NCBI GenBank assembly: GCA_001784155.1
Contig: MFPL01000002.1
Location: 108,520 to 172,519, forward strand
Direction of reading: 5' to 3'
DNA length: 64,000 nucleotides
From: Candidatus Levybacteria bacterium RIFCSPLOWO2_12_FULL_41_12
GTDB taxonomy: Bacteria; Patescibacteriota; Microgenomatia; Levybacterales; UBA12049
The notes beneath the pieces were generated by a model. It did not search any database. It was not told where the DNA came from and saw only the letters and a program-made list of their open reading frames with translations. Both the position numbers and the translations under genes were made by a program. Numbering within the stretch: position 1 is the first letter of the stretch; each line of letters starts with the position of its first letter. This document shows positions 52,830 to 63,563 of this stretch, piece by piece.

Positions 52830-55800
52830 TTATACTTCATTTACGGGTTCCGCTTCAACGTGTTTACCCTCGACCGGAATAAGTCTACCTATGATAACGT
52901 TTTCTTTAAGACCCACAAGCTTATCTTCCTGACCTTCGAGTGAGGCTTCGGTAAGGACCTTTGTGGTCTCCTGGAATGACGCAGCTGAAAGCCATGAGTC
53001 TGAAAAAAGCGAAGACTTGGTAATTCCCAGAATTGTTTGTCTTGCGGTTGCCGGTTCTCCGCCTTGTGAAAGAACCTCGGCGTTTAGCTCTTCAAATCTG
53101 GTCTTAGTGATAAAGTCTCCGGGAATAAGAGTCGTGTCCCCAATTGTTTCTACAACTACCTTATCCGACATCTTACGCAAAATTACCTCAAAGTGCTTAT
53201 CGTTGATTGGGATTCCCTGAGATTCATAAACTTTTTGTGCCTCGGTTATGATGTAACGCTGAGAGTCTATAAGCCCTTTTATCTTTAAGACCTCTTTTGG
53301 ATCAAGGTATCCTTCTGCAAAAGGCGTACCCGCCAATATTTCTTCTCCGTCTTTTACTGAAAGGGTAGCCGCAAGAGGCACGAAGTATTCGCGTTCTTCC
53401 GAAGGTTTTCTTTTTGTAGTTACCTTAACCATATAACCGTCGTCTGTCTTATCGATAGTTACCTTACCTGTAATTTCAGATATTGGCGATAGACTTTTTG
53501 GAGTTCTCATTTCAAAAAGTTCCTCAACACGAGGAAGACCTTGCGTAACGTCACTCATTACAACTCCTCCAAAATGCCTGACTCTCATCGTCAGCTGTGT
53601 TCCAGGCTCGCCTATTGATTGCGCAGCTACTACTCCTACAGGAACTCCAAGCTCTACTCTTTTTCTCGTTGAGAAATCCCATCCATAACAAAGAGCGCAC
53701 ATTCCATACTTAAGCGCACACGTTATGGATGAGCGAATCACTGCTTCATTTACGCCCTCTTTTGTAATCACAGCTATCTTTTCTTCTGTTATCTCCGATC
53801 CTGCTTTTACGATCTCTTTCTTTGTTTTAGGAGAAACGATTTTTTCCGCAGCTGTTCTTCCAAGAATTCTATCTTCAAAAACAGCTGTCCTCGCCACTTC
53901 GTCGCGAGTGATTAGAATTCCCTCGGTCGTTTGGCAGTCTTCCTCCCTAACAATCATGTCGTGGGATACGTCGACAAGCCGGCGTGTAAGATACCCTGCA
54001 TTTGCTGTCTTAAGAGCTGAGTCGGTAAGACCTTTTCTAGAACCACGAGCTGATGCAACATATTCAAATATTGAAAGTCCCTCTCTGAAGTTAGATGTAA
54101 TCGGAAGTTCAACGATTTTTCCTAACGGATCGAGAATTAATCCTCTCATCGCTGAAAGCTGCTTCAACTGTTCTTTTCCCGCTCTCGCTCCTTCTGAATC
54201 AATAACGAGCCTGATGACGTTTTGCTCTGACATAAGATCCCATGTCATATCTGCAATCTTATCGGTTATCTTAATCCAGACTTCGTTAGAAAGGCGCTTT
54301 CTCTCATCGTTCGTTATAAGACCCTGTTGAAATTCTCCGTCAATTTCAGAAATCTTGTCTTCTGCCTGATCAATAAGTTCTTCCTTCTCGGGAACAAGCT
54401 CCGTATCAAATACCGACACAGATAGACCTGATACCGTGGCTCCGTAAAATCCAAGAGATTTTATGTTATCGATAAGATCTGCTACTTCTATGGAAGTACA
54501 AATTTTCATAGCCTCGGTAATGATTTTTTTGATTCCTGAGGCTTTTACAGGCTCGTTTATGAAAACCATTGATTCGGGGAGTTTTTCATTAAACATTAAT
54601 CTTCCTGCAGACGTTTCATAGATTTGCCCTCTTATCCTTGTCTTTACTTCCTGCCTTAATTTTATCTTACTCATTGAAAATGCCATTAAAGCCTCCTCTA
54701 TTCCTGAAAAAACATACTCTTCCTCATCTGAACCACGCGTAATCCTACTATCTAGGCTTGTCAGATAGAAGACACCTACTGCCATTTCCTTATTAGGGAG
54801 TGTAATGGGGGAGCCGTCTGCGGGCTTTAGGAGATTTTCCCTAGGCATCATCAGCTCAATTGCTTCTTTCTGGGCGTTTTCGGATAGCGGAATGTGGACT
54901 GCCATCTGGTCTCCGTCAAAATCAGCATTGTATCCTGCGCAAACACAAGGATGAAGCGAAATTGCCGCTCCTTCAATAAGGATCGGGTAGAAAGCTTGAA
55001 TTCCCAGCTTATGAAGCGTCGGCGCACGATTTAAAAGAACAGGATGATTTTTTGTAATTTCTTCTAAAATATCGAAGACTTCAGGCGGCCTTTTCTCTAT
55101 AAATCTTTTTGCACTCTTTATGTTGGGAGCAAAACCTCTAACTATTACTTCGCGCAAAATAAACGGCTTAAACATTTCCAGTGCCATTTCCTTAGGGAGT
55201 CCGCATTCGGAAAGCTTAAGCTCAGGCCCTACTACGATAACGGAGCGACCTGAATAATCGACTCTTTTACCAAGAAGGTTTTGTCTGAAACGCCCCTGTT
55301 TCCCTCTAAGCATGTCCGAGAGAGAACGCAGGGGGGATGAGACTACCTGTCCACCCCGCTGTGAGGCATCAATCAAAGAATCTACCGATTCCTGAAGCAT
55401 TCTTTTTTCATTTCGAAGGATTATTTCAGGCGCGCCCAATACGATTAAATGCTTTAACCTGTTATTTCTATTAATAACTCTTCTATACAAATCGTTTAGG
55501 TCTGATGTGGCAAATCTTCCTCCTGAGAGCTGAACCATCGGCCTAAGGTCAGGCGGAATAACGGGAAGAGCCGTATAAACCATGTCAGATGGCGATATTC
55601 CGGCTTTCCTAATTACCTCAAGGAGTCTGAGTCTTTTTATAAGCTTTAAATATTTTTGCCCTTTTGCTTTTTCTACCTCTTTACGAAGAGTAATAATCAG
55701 CTCATCAATGTTAATCTTCTCGATAAGGTCAGACAAACCTTCTGCGCCGGTCTTGAATTTGAAGAACACAGGAATATCGTACTCAAGAATCTTGAAGTAC

Positions 55801-56567
55801 TCGTCTTCTGAAAGAACAGATCCAGCCTTAAGGCTCTTAAGAAGGGAGGCTAAAGCGTCTGAGATCTCATCTATCTTTTTTATTTCCTGCTCAATTCGAT
55901 CTGAAATTCTGCTCAGCTTTTGACGCTTGGTAAGATCAATTTCCTGAGCGATAAGGTCTTTTTGCTCACCTTTGGCTTTTGCCGAAGTTGTTCCTTTTTT
56001 CTTCTCGTTGAGTTCTTTTTCAATAATTTTCTCTTCTTTTTCGGCTTCTTTCTTAAGACCCTCTTTTCGCTCCGAAATATTTTTGTTGAAAGTTTCAAAT
56101 GCTTTCTTCTTCTCATCTTCATCGATTTCTGTTACCAGATACGACGCGTAGTAAATAACAGAATCCAAATCCTTCTGAGACATATCCAAAATTAAAGACA
56201 ACGGACTTGAAGATCCCTTAAAGAACCAGACGTGTGCGACAGGGGACGCAAGAGTAATGTGTCCCATTCTCTCTCGTCTTACGCGGGAAAGAGTAACTTC
56301 AACTCCGCACTTATCGCAGACTATTCCCCTATATCTTATTCTTTTGTATTTTCCGCAGTAGCACTCCCAGTCTTTTGTGGGTCCAAATATTCTTTCGTCA
56401 AAAAGTCCGTCCTTCTCGGGGCGCAAGGTTCTATAGTTGATCGTCTCAGGTTTTGTGACTTCTCCATATGACCAGCCCAAAATGTCACTTTTATTTGCCA
56501 ATAAAATTTTAAGAGACTTAAAGTCCAGAATGTTTATGTCTTTCATTTTTTTATCTTTATTATTCAT
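52830..56567 (-). CDS. rpoC: DNA-directed RNA polymerase subunit beta'
   Basis: 1245 aa. Zn-finger CYCGKYKRIRYRGIVCDKCGV and NADFDGDQMAVH catalytic loop. Confidence 0.97.
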   Translation of the reverse strand: MNNKDKKMKDINILDFKSLKILLANKSDILGWSYGEVTKPETINYRTLRPEKDGLFDERIFGPTKDWECYCGKYKRIRYRGIVCDKCGVEVTLSRVRRERMGHITLASPVAHVWFFKGSSSPLSLILDMSQKDLDSVIYYASYLVTEIDEDEKKKAFETFNKNISERKEGLKKEAEKEEKIIEKELNEKKKGTTSAKAKGEQKDLIAQEIDLTKRQKLSRISDRIEQEIKKIDEISDALASLLKSLKAGSVLSEDEYFKILEYDIPVFFKFKTGAEGLSDLIEKINIDELIITLRKEVEKAKGQKYLKLIKRLRLLEVIRKAGISPSDMVYTALPVIPPDLRPMVQLSGGRFATSDLNDLYRRVINRNNRLKHLIVLGAPEIILRNEKRMLQESVDSLIDASQRGGQVVSSPLRSLSDMLRGKQGRFRQNLLGKRVDYSGRSVIVVGPELKLSECGLPKEMALEMFKPFILREVIVRGFAPNIKSAKRFIEKRPPEVFDILEEITKNHPVLLNRAPTLHKLGIQAFYPILIEGAAISLHPCVCAGYNADFDGDQMAVHIPLSENAQKEAIELMMPRENLLKPADGSPITLPNKEMAVGVFYLTSLDSRITRGSDEEEYVFSGIEEALMAFSMSKIKLRQEVKTRIRGQIYETSAGRLMFNEKLPESMVFINEPVKASGIKKIITEAMKICTSIEVADLIDNIKSLGFYGATVSGLSVSVFDTELVPEKEELIDQAEDKISEIDGEFQQGLITNDERKRLSNEVWIKITDKIADMTWDLMSEQNVIRLVIDSEGARAGKEQLKQLSAMRGLILDPLGKIVELPITSNFREGLSIFEYVASARGSRKGLTDSALKTANAGYLTRRLVDVSHDMIVREEDCQTTEGILITRDEVARTAVFEDRILGRTAAEKIVSPKTKKEIVKAGSEITEEKIAVITKEGVNEAVIRSSITCALKYGMCALCYGWDFSTRKRVELGVPVGVVAAQSIGEPGTQLTMRVRHFGGVVMSDVTQGLPRVEELFEMRTPKSLSPISEITGKVTIDKTDDGYMVKVTTKRKPSEEREYFVPLAATLSVKDGEEILAGTPFAEGYLDPKEVLKIKGLIDSQRYIITEAQKVYESQGIPINDKHFEVILRKMSDKVVVETIGDTTLIPGDFITKTRFEELNAEVLSQGGEPATARQTILGITKSSLFSDSWLSAASFQETTKVLTEASLEGQEDKLVGLKENVIIGRLIPVEGKHVEAEPVNEV

Positions 56568-59500
56568 TCTTAACCCCTACTGTCGGCTCTTCTGCTCCAG
56601 CTTGTGCTACATGAAGATCCGAGCCTTTTTCAGCTACTACCTTATCTCCGCCCGCTGCTTCCTGAAGATCATGAGCCTCTTTTCCCAATTTTTCATCGGC
56701 CTTCTGCTCAACAATTGCCTCACCCAATGGCTCTGTAAGAAGGGGTTCAGGCGTAACTGTCGCTCCCATTGGAACAACATTAAGTCCTAGCGCCTGAAGC
56801 TCTTTTATAAGAACTTTAAATGATTCCGGAACCTTAGGTGTAGGAATTGAAGTTCCCTTAACGATTGCCTCAAATGCTTTAGCGCGACCGACAACGTCGT
56901 CTGACTTAATTGTCAACATTTCCTGAAGAGTATAGCGCGCCCTGTGTGCTTCAAGCGCCCATACTTCCATTTCTCCAAGGCGCTGTCCTCCCATTTGCGC
57001 TTTTCCTCCAAGAGGCTGCTGTGTAACCAAAGAGTATGGTCCGGTGGAGCGGGCGTGGGTCTTATCTTCAACCATATGAATTAGCTTCATAACATATTCA
57101 ACCCCTACAACTACCGGATTCTCGTATGGCTCCCCAGTTCTTGCGTCAAAAAGAGTTGTCTTTCCTTTTTCCGGAAGTCCGGCACTCTTTAGACTCTCTG
57201 TAATTCTTTCTTCGTCAATCTTTTCAAAAACAGGAACTGCAATTTTCTTGCCTAATTTTAATGCTGCCCACCCCAGATGTGCTTCGAGAAGTTGTCCCAG
57301 ATTCATTCTCGCAAGTACCGAGAAGGGGGAAATAATAATGTCCACGGGCGTTCCGTCTTCCAGGTACGGCATGTCTACTTCAGGAACAATTTTTGAAATA
57401 ACTCCTTTATTTCCGTGTCTTCCCGCGAGTTTATCTCCCACCACAACGTGACGGAATTGTGCGACCTCAACAATAATCTTTCGAAATGTACCCGGCTCAA
57501 GCTCGTCTCCTTTTTTGCGGTCAAGAATTTGAACGCTTATTACGGTTCCTCGTTCTCCATTGGGCATTCTAAGCGAAGTGTCCCGTACTTCCCGAGCCTG
57601 TTCGCCGAAAATAGCGCGTAGAAGCCGCTCTTCTGCAGTAAGTTCTGTTTCGCCTTTTGGTGCAATTTTTCCGACCAGAATGTCTCCGGGTCCGACTTCC
57701 GATGAAACAACTACGATTCCTTCTTCATCAAGGTTTGCTAAATCTTCCTCAGAAACGTTAGGGATGTCCCTAGTTGTCTCCTCAGGTCCAAGCTTTGTCT
57801 CAACAACTGCAGCTTCGTATTTCTCAATGTGTATCGAGGAAAGAGAATCTTCTTTTACCATTCTATCCGAAATAACGATAGCGTCTTCATAGCCTAAGCC
57901 GTCAAAGGAGGCATATGCTATTACTAAGTTTTGCCCCAATGCCAATTCTCCGTTTTGAGAAGAAGGTCCGTCTATTAAAATCTCGCCTTTCTTGAGCTTT
58001 TGTCCGTTTTTTACCAATGTTCGCTGAGTATATGCAGTGGCTTGAGACGTTCTTCGGAATGAGGAAACCTTATATTCCTCCTCTTTCTTTCCCTTTCCCT
58101 TAAAGATTACTTTTTCTGCATCTGCATAAATCACTTCTCCATCCTCTGGCGCCCTAACGACTCTGGACATTACTGCGGAAACAGTACCTTCCATTCCTGT
58201 TCCGACTATCGGAGAATGAGGCGAAACCAAAGGTACTGCCTGAGACTGCATGTGGGTACCCATAAGAGCTCTGTTTGCTTCATCGTGAGATACAAAAGGA
58301 ATAAGTGAGGCTGCAGTTCCTACGACTTGGCGTGGCATCATATCGATAAATTCGATTTTCTCTTTTTCTACCTCTATAAATTCTCCCTTATATCTCGCAG
58401 GAATCCTTTCTCCCTCTATCGTCTGATCTTCATTAATCACTCCAGAATGGGTAACGTAATGGTCTCTCTCGTCAGCTGCGTCCATATAAACGATTTCATC
58501 TGTCGCTTTAGCGTGAACAATCTTGCCTTTTTTTGCCTGTTCTACTTTTCTATATGGTGTCTCAAGAAATCCGTACTGATTGATTCTTGTATACAGTGAA
58601 AGATATGTCACAAGACCGATATTCGGACCTTCAGGACTTCTTATGGGACAAATTCTTCCGTATTGAGAAGAATTAATGTCTCTTATAGAGAAAGCTGCGC
58701 GCTCCCTCGTTATTCCGCCTGTTCCCATAACAGTCAAACGGTTAAGATTGTCTACTTCGGATAATGGGTTCGTTTGATCTAGAATTGTTGAAAGCTGGGA
58801 TGTTCGGAAGAATTCGTTAATCGATGCCATAATTGGCCTTGCATTGATTAATCCTGAAATGGTAACCGGCTGATCTGCCTGAATAAGGCTCATTCTTTCC
58901 TTAATTGAGCGCTCAAGACGCAGAACTCCGACCCGAAATGCAGTTGATGCTACAAGCTCTCCGACGCGTCTTACACGCCTGTTTGCCAAAGAGTCAATAT
59001 CATCCACTCCGTCTTTTCCGCGAGCAAGCTCTATAAGAAAAGCAATAGTTCCCACAATGTCGTCAACTGTTAGGATCCTCTGATCAGATGGAACAAATCC
59101 CGGAATACCTTGCAGCTTTTTATTGATCTTATAGCGTCCTACATCTCCCAGATCATACCTTCTGTTATTGAAGAACGTTCCGGAAAAGTTTTCTCTTACT
59201 TTCTCGAGAACTATTGGTTCGCCCGGATGCATTTTCTTAAATATCTCAACGAGCGCTTCGTTTGTATTGGTAACTTCATCCTTAAGAAGTGTGTTTTGAA
59301 TATAGGAAGTCTTGTCATCCGGCTCAACTGCCTTAAATCTTTCCTTTATGGCATCGGAGTCTGAAATTCCAATTGCCCGAAGGAAGGTGGTAGCCAGGAA
59401 TTTTCTTCTTCTGTCAATTTTTACGGTTATGGTCTCGTATCTTGTTGTTGAAAATTCAAGCCACGATCCGTGGACCGGGCGTATCTCTGCTGTATAAAGA

Positions 59501-59970
59501 GTCTGTCCGGTAACAGGGTCCTGCGTAGCTGTAAAAAACGCTCCGGGGGAGCGCACGAGTTGACTGACTATAGCTCTTTCAATTCCGTTAATAATAAAAG
59601 TTCCCCGTTCTGTCATCTTTGGAACGTCGCCTAAGAAGACTTCCTGATTTATTTTTTCGTCTGTTTTTTTATTGGTTAGTGTGGCTTTGACGTATAAGGG
59701 GGAGTCGTAGGTAAGGCCTTTGTAGATAGATACCTCAGGACTATTGGTAGGCTTTCCAATTCTATAATCCTTAAGTTCCAGATTCCAATTCTTTCCCGTA
59801 AAGTCATCCACAGGAGATATTTCAGAGAGTATTTCTCCAATTCCGCGGTCTTCAAACCATTTGTATGATTCCTTTTGAAGAGAGAGTAGATCAAGTTCAA
59901 GTAGTACGGGATACTTCCTGCCCCAGTCCTCTCGAGTAATGTGGTCTGTGTTCTTATCTGCCTTAGCCAT
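56560..59970 (-). CDS. rpoB: DNA-directed RNA polymerase subunit beta
   Basis: 1136 aa with conserved beta-subunit regions (FGEMEVWALEAH, GGQRLGEME). Overlaps rpoC by 8 nt. Confidence 0.97.
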   Translation of the reverse strand: MAKADKNTDHITREDWGRKYPVLLELDLLSLQKESYKWFEDRGIGEILSEISPVDDFTGKNWNLELKDYRIGKPTNSPEVSIYKGLTYDSPLYVKATLTNKKTDEKINQEVFLGDVPKMTERGTFIINGIERAIVSQLVRSPGAFFTATQDPVTGQTLYTAEIRPVHGSWLEFSTTRYETITVKIDRRRKFLATTFLRAIGISDSDAIKERFKAVEPDDKTSYIQNTLLKDEVTNTNEALVEIFKKMHPGEPIVLEKVRENFSGTFFNNRRYDLGDVGRYKINKKLQGIPGFVPSDQRILTVDDIVGTIAFLIELARGKDGVDDIDSLANRRVRRVGELVASTAFRVGVLRLERSIKERMSLIQADQPVTISGLINARPIMASINEFFRTSQLSTILDQTNPLSEVDNLNRLTVMGTGGITRERAAFSIRDINSSQYGRICPIRSPEGPNIGLVTYLSLYTRINQYGFLETPYRKVEQAKKGKIVHAKATDEIVYMDAADERDHYVTHSGVINEDQTIEGERIPARYKGEFIEVEKEKIEFIDMMPRQVVGTAASLIPFVSHDEANRALMGTHMQSQAVPLVSPHSPIVGTGMEGTVSAVMSRVVRAPEDGEVIYADAEKVIFKGKGKKEEEYKVSSFRRTSQATAYTQRTLVKNGQKLKKGEILIDGPSSQNGELALGQNLVIAYASFDGLGYEDAIVISDRMVKEDSLSSIHIEKYEAAVVETKLGPEETTRDIPNVSEEDLANLDEEGIVVVSSEVGPGDILVGKIAPKGETELTAEERLLRAIFGEQAREVRDTSLRMPNGERGTVISVQILDRKKGDELEPGTFRKIIVEVAQFRHVVVGDKLAGRHGNKGVISKIVPEVDMPYLEDGTPVDIIISPFSVLARMNLGQLLEAHLGWAALKLGKKIAVPVFEKIDEERITESLKSAGLPEKGKTTLFDARTGEPYENPVVVGVEYVMKLIHMVEDKTHARSTGPYSLVTQQPLGGKAQMGGQRLGEMEVWALEAHRARYTLQEMLTIKSDDVVGRAKAFEAIVKGTSIPTPKVPESFKVLIKELQALGLNVVPMGATVTPEPLLTEPLGEAIVEQKADEKLGKEAHDLQEAAGGDKVVAEKGSDLHVAQAGAEEPTVGVKNE

Positions 59971-60153
59971 TTATGAAAAAACCCTAAAGAAGCCTATATC
60001 AACAAAAAAAATGCACAAGGTGCACTAGCCTACATATAAAAAGCTTCCCCTAAAGTAATTCCTTTATACCAGAAGAGAACGGAGGCTGTCAAGGAGTAAA
60101 CAATAGAATTCTCTTGCCTTGCCATTGGGTTTGGGATACTCTTAAAATATCCT

Positions 60154-61200
60154 ATGGATGGGCTTGACCCCGCTATCAAGAGGAAATTAAAAAAAGAAGA
60201 GCTTCGCTACGCAATGGACGATCGGGACGGCTTTATCAGGCAAAAGTTCGGACGCGACTTTAGATACTACGACACAGAGCTTAAAAGAATAAGTGACAAG
60301 AAAACACTTGAAAGAATTGAGGCTTTGGGAATTCCCCCGGCATGGACCAAAGTCTGGATTTCTCCCCAGAAAAATACCCACCTTCAGGCTACAGGATATG
60401 ACGAAAAGAAAAGAAAGCAATACATTTATCACCCCGACTGGATAAAAATTTCACAGGAAAATAAATTCGGGAAGATGGTAGACTTCGGCCTTTCTCTTCC
60501 CAAAATAAGAAGCAAGGTCCGCTACGATATGAGTGGCACCATTATGGATAAGAAAAAGATTCTCGCGACTATAGTTTGGCTCCTTGAGCATACATTTATA
60601 AGAATAGGAAATGAGCAGTACAGCCGCGGAAACGAGTCATATGGATTGACTACGCTAAGGAACAAACACGTCCAGGTACGCGGAGATAAAGTAAAATTTG
60701 AGTTCGTCGGAAAATCAGGCGTAGAGGCAGAGCTATCAATTTCAAACCCGACAATTGCCAAGACCATAAGGCGCTGCATCGAGCTTCCGGGCTACGAACT
60801 ATTTCAGTTCATTGATGATGAGGGAGAGAAAAGAGTGGTGGATTCAGAAGACGTAAATGAATTCCTAAAAGAGGTTACGAAGGAGGATTTTACTGCGAAG
60901 GACTTCAGAACCTGGGGTGCGAGCGACCTCTCCGCCAATTATTTCTATAAAGCCGGGCATAGCGATGATAAGAAAGTTCTTAAGGCGACTATAAAAGAGG
61001 CTATAAAAACAGTCTCGGGATATCTTAATAATACAGTTACAGTTTGCCGCTCTTACTACATTCACCCGGCTGTTATAAAGACTTATGAAGAAAATATTCT
61101 AGTCCCCCACTTTGGAAGACATTCGGGAAGAAAGCCTGCGATAAGTGGCCTTTCGTGGGATGAAGTGGCGTTAGTCCGCCTCCTTCAGAAATACTCCTAA
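60154..61200 (+). CDS. DNA topoisomerase IB (poxvirus/bacterial TopIB type)
   Basis: 348 aa. IRIGNEQYSRGNESYGLTTLRNKHV, FEFVGKSG, TWGAS and C-terminal TVCRSYYIHP carrying the likely active-site Tyr. Confidence 0.65.
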   Translation: MDGLDPAIKRKLKKEELRYAMDDRDGFIRQKFGRDFRYYDTELKRISDKKTLERIEALGIPPAWTKVWISPQKNTHLQATGYDEKKRKQYIYHPDWIKISQENKFGKMVDFGLSLPKIRSKVRYDMSGTIMDKKKILATIVWLLEHTFIRIGNEQYSRGNESYGLTTLRNKHVQVRGDKVKFEFVGKSGVEAELSISNPTIAKTIRRCIELPGYELFQFIDDEGEKRVVDSEDVNEFLKEVTKEDFTAKDFRTWGASDLSANYFYKAGHSDDKKVLKATIKEAIKTVSGYLNNTVTVCRSYYIHPAVIKTYEENILVPHFGRHSGRKPAISGLSWDEVALVRLLQKYS

Positions 61201-61461
61201 TTACTTCTTGTGGATATATTTGCTCCAGGCTTTTTTGAAGTACGGGAGGGAAAGCGTTGAGAGAAGAAAACCTACTGAGGGAACTATGGCATTAAGCCAG
61301 GGTTCAATTCTTACTACATATTTTAAATAAAGCGCGATCGCGAGATATGTGAGGAGCGCCAGAACTACTTTCCTCGTGATTGAAGTTTCCCAAGCTTTGT
61401 CTTGCTCCACCTTACTGTTTCGCTCTTCTATTTTTGCGACTCTTTCTTCAAGACTTACCAT
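61201..61461 (-). CDS. Small hypothetical membrane protein (86 aa, 2 TM)
   Basis: Coiled-coil N-terminus followed by two hydrophobic helices. Immediately upstream of def. Confidence 0.35.
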   Translation of the reverse strand: MVSLEERVAKIEERNSKVEQDKAWETSITRKVVLALLTYLAIALYLKYVVRIEPWLNAIVPSVGFLLSTLSLPYFKKAWSKYIHKK

Positions 61462-61468
61462 AAATAAA

Positions 61469-62044
61469 TTATATCAATTTGTATTCTATTTTTGTGGTTT
61501 TGGAGTTTTTCAACTGCTGAGGGGAGTTTCTTATGTTTTTTCTATAGTGCTTTTTTGTAATTATCTTGCTGTAGTCACTGACTTTTTCCATAAATTCCAC
61601 GCCATTTAGGTGATCCATCTCATGGAATATAATTCTTGCCAGAATCCCGTCTGCCTTTAATCTAAATAGCAAACCGCGCTCGTCATAGGCTTCGACTTGG
61701 ACTTCCCTTGGTCGTAAAACAGGACCGAATAGATCTCCTATGCTTCCGCAGCCTTCGTAAATGAGCGACTTATCTTTTGATTGGAAAGTGATTTTGGGAT
61801 CTATATAGACTCTTACTTTATCTGTCTTCCCGAGCTTTCTAGCCTTCGTAGTTCTAGGGTGAGTTATGAAAACCATATAGTTTTCGCCTATTTGGGGCGC
61901 GGCAATTCCTATTAGATCTGCTTTATGCATGGAATCAATTAAATTCCGGACCAACTTCTTGAACTCAGGCGATTTAAAGTTTTTAATAAGCCTATTCTTC
62001 GCTTTAAGTCTTCGGTCCCCTGCCTGAATAATCTTTTTTACCAC
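61469..62044 (-). CDS. def: Peptide deformylase
   Basis: 191 aa. GIAAPQIG, EGCGS and HEMDHLNG motifs. Confidence 0.9.
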   Translation of the reverse strand: MVKKIIQAGDRRLKAKNRLIKNFKSPEFKKLVRNLIDSMHKADLIGIAAPQIGENYMVFITHPRTTKARKLGKTDKVRVYIDPKITFQSKDKSLIYEGCGSIGDLFGPVLRPREVQVEAYDERGLLFRLKADGILARIIFHEMDHLNGVEFMEKVSDYSKIITKKHYRKNIRNSPQQLKNSKTTKIEYKLI

Positions 62045-62109
62045 GGGGGGATTATATCACTAATAGTTACAAATCTTGCTTTACTGCAAAAAGCTATTAT
62101 AATATCCAG

Positions 62110-62550
62110 ATGGTTGAGGGTGCCCGGAGAAGTCCTATCGTTGTTCAAACCAAAGAAGAACTGCACAGAGAGTCGGTTATAGAAAACCTCTCTGTAGAGG
62201 ATAGGCCTCCTGTTCTTATTCCAACAATCACCTCCCCAATAGGAAGGGTTTTTAATAATGAGATTGCAGGATATTATGCTTATGTTCCTCCTCTAGGGTC
62301 AACCCTTCGGGACAGACTGAAAGGACCTCATGGCGGAATAAAAGAATTTATATCACCGGATGGAGCGACAACGGGATTTGCAAAGCCTATCAAGTTGACC
62401 GTTGAGGAGGGCGAGGCAGTTCTAATAAGAAGAGGTATTGCGCTTAGAAAAGGTCCGGGAGCACTTGAAGAAACTCCTGTTCGTAAATGGGCGTCCAATA
62501 TCCCCGGCGCACGCCGCTATTTAGGGTTTGGCAGCCCAGGCCCCTGGTAG
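62110..62550 (+). CDS. Hypothetical protein, GC/Gly/Pro/Arg-rich (compositionally atypical)
   Basis: 146-aa ORF with no recognisable motifs. Composition unlike the local genes. Confidence 0.3.
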   Translation: MVEGARRSPIVVQTKEELHRESVIENLSVEDRPPVLIPTITSPIGRVFNNEIAGYYAYVPPLGSTLRDRLKGPHGGIKEFISPDGATTGFAKPIKLTVEEGEAVLIRRGIALRKGPGALEETPVRKWASNIPGARRYLGFGSPGPW

Positions 62551-62605
62551 AATCTTTTCCATTATAAGTTGCAAAATTTGAAAATCTGAATATAATGTAA
62601 CGACT

Positions 62606-62908
62606 ATGGGAGGACCAATAGAGAAGGGCGCACCACAGACGGAAGCGGATACGGCTCCAAGGGGAAGCCTGTTTACAGCTAGGATTTTCGAATGGGAAAT
62701 GGGTGTTTATAAAGCGGCTGGAAGATCTATACAAGGCTTATGCGTGGAATTTGTATCTGCAAAAGCTGATAGGGTAAGACTTAGAGGCTTTAGAGACCAT
62801 CAAGTTCTTCTAGTAGTAACTCACGATAAAGCAGTAGATTTTACTCCTTACCTTCAAAGGGTCCAAGAACTTCGGGGACAGCCGAAATCGGGCACATCAG
62901 AAAGCTAA
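62606..62908 (+). CDS. Hypothetical protein, GC-rich (compositionally atypical)
   Basis: 100-aa ORF that follows the previous one in the same orientation. Confidence 0.3.
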   Translation: MGGPIEKGAPQTEADTAPRGSLFTARIFEWEMGVYKAAGRSIQGLCVEFVSAKADRVRLRGFRDHQVLLVVTHDKAVDFTPYLQRVQELRGQPKSGTSES

Positions 62909-62925
62909 GCTAAGAAGTCAAATTA

Positions 62926-63195
62926 TCATTCTAATTTTCTCAAGAATTTGAGAATGGTAGTACCCAGAGGCGAAAGTTCGTGTAAAACGTCTGCCCCTCT
63001 GTTTCTTTTTGAAACTAAACCTGAAATCGCAAGACGCCGGATATGTTCGCTTGCTGTTTTGTAATTTATTTTGAGTTTAGTCGAAATCTCCAGAACGGAA
63101 AGGTTAGGATATGTATTTATAAGCTCTAATATTTGAATTCTTCTATGGTTGGAAAATCCCTTAACAATTCTTTCCATTTTTCTGTAAGAAATCAT
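62926..63195 (-). CDS. ArsR/SmtB-family winged-helix transcriptional regulator
   Basis: 89 aa. HRRIQILELINTYPNLSVLEISTKLKINYKTASEHIRRLAISGLV is the classic ArsR HTH. Confidence 0.7.
   Translation of the reverse strand: MISYRKMERIVKGFSNHRRIQILELINTYPNLSVLEISTKLKINYKTASEHIRRLAISGLVSKRNRGADVLHELSPLGTTILKFLRKLE
62946..62963. promoter_or_regulatory. Palindromic operator-like element copy 1 (TTCTCAAGAATTTGAGAA) inside the 3' end of the ArsR-family gene
   Basis: 8-bp inverted arms ATTCTCAA/TTGAGAAT around GAAT. It encodes the C-terminal ILKFLRK of the regulator. Confidence 0.45.
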
Positions 63196-63222
63196 AAATT
63201 TATCGTATCACTTCATTCCTAA

Positions 63223-63242
63223 ATTCTCAAGAATTTGAGAAT
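63223..63242. promoter_or_regulatory. Palindromic operator-like element copy 2 (ATTCTCAAGAATTTGAGAAT), 28 nt upstream of the ArsR-family start
   Basis: Perfect copy with the conserved flanks AAATTCTCAAGAATTTGAGAATGAT. Confidence 0.5.
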
Positions 63243-63360
63243 GATAGATTTGGGTGTTTTAATACTCAATACGAAAAGTGATGGGGCGGGCAGGCAAGTA
63301 TTTAAGGATGTTTGTGTTTGAGTTTGTTTATAGCTACAGACTGTCACATGCATTCTGGTT

Positions 63361-63379
63361 TTCTTAAGAATTTGAGAAT
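63361..63379. promoter_or_regulatory. Palindromic operator-like element copy 3 (TTCTTAAGAATTTGAGAAT; one mismatch)
   Basis: Variant half-site TTCTTAAG. Confidence 0.4.
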
Positions 63380-63563
63380 GCTGGAGTTGAATCTCGGGGA
63401 GCGGAGCGCTTGTGCTGTTTACCCCGAGTCGTAATGAAGGGGGTAAACCGAAGTAAGCCCTGAAGTCGGGTTTGGAAGGTTATGCTGACCGAAATTTGCC
63501 GAGGACTATAGAGTCAAATTAAAATGTGGGCCGCTTACTTTCCATCCCGGAATTATACAAAAA

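Noticed and set aside
315-58599. Numerous 60-200-aa ORFs antisense to or overlapping well-supported genes, for example 315..584, 2501..2971, 3269..3769, 29738..30005, 53725..54330 and 57248..57892
   Set aside because: They lie entirely within strongly supported conserved genes on the opposite strand or in alternate frames, and they have low-complexity or hydrophobic translations.
63405-63440. 12-nt exact match GUGCUGUUUACC to the conserved start of SRP (4.5S/scRNA) domain IV
   Set aside because: The downstream sequence forms a simple GUUUACCCC/GGGGUAAAC hairpin. It lacks the universal AGGUCAGG...GGAAGCAGC asymmetric-loop motif, and the surrounding module is duplicated, so this is probably not the SRP RNA gene.
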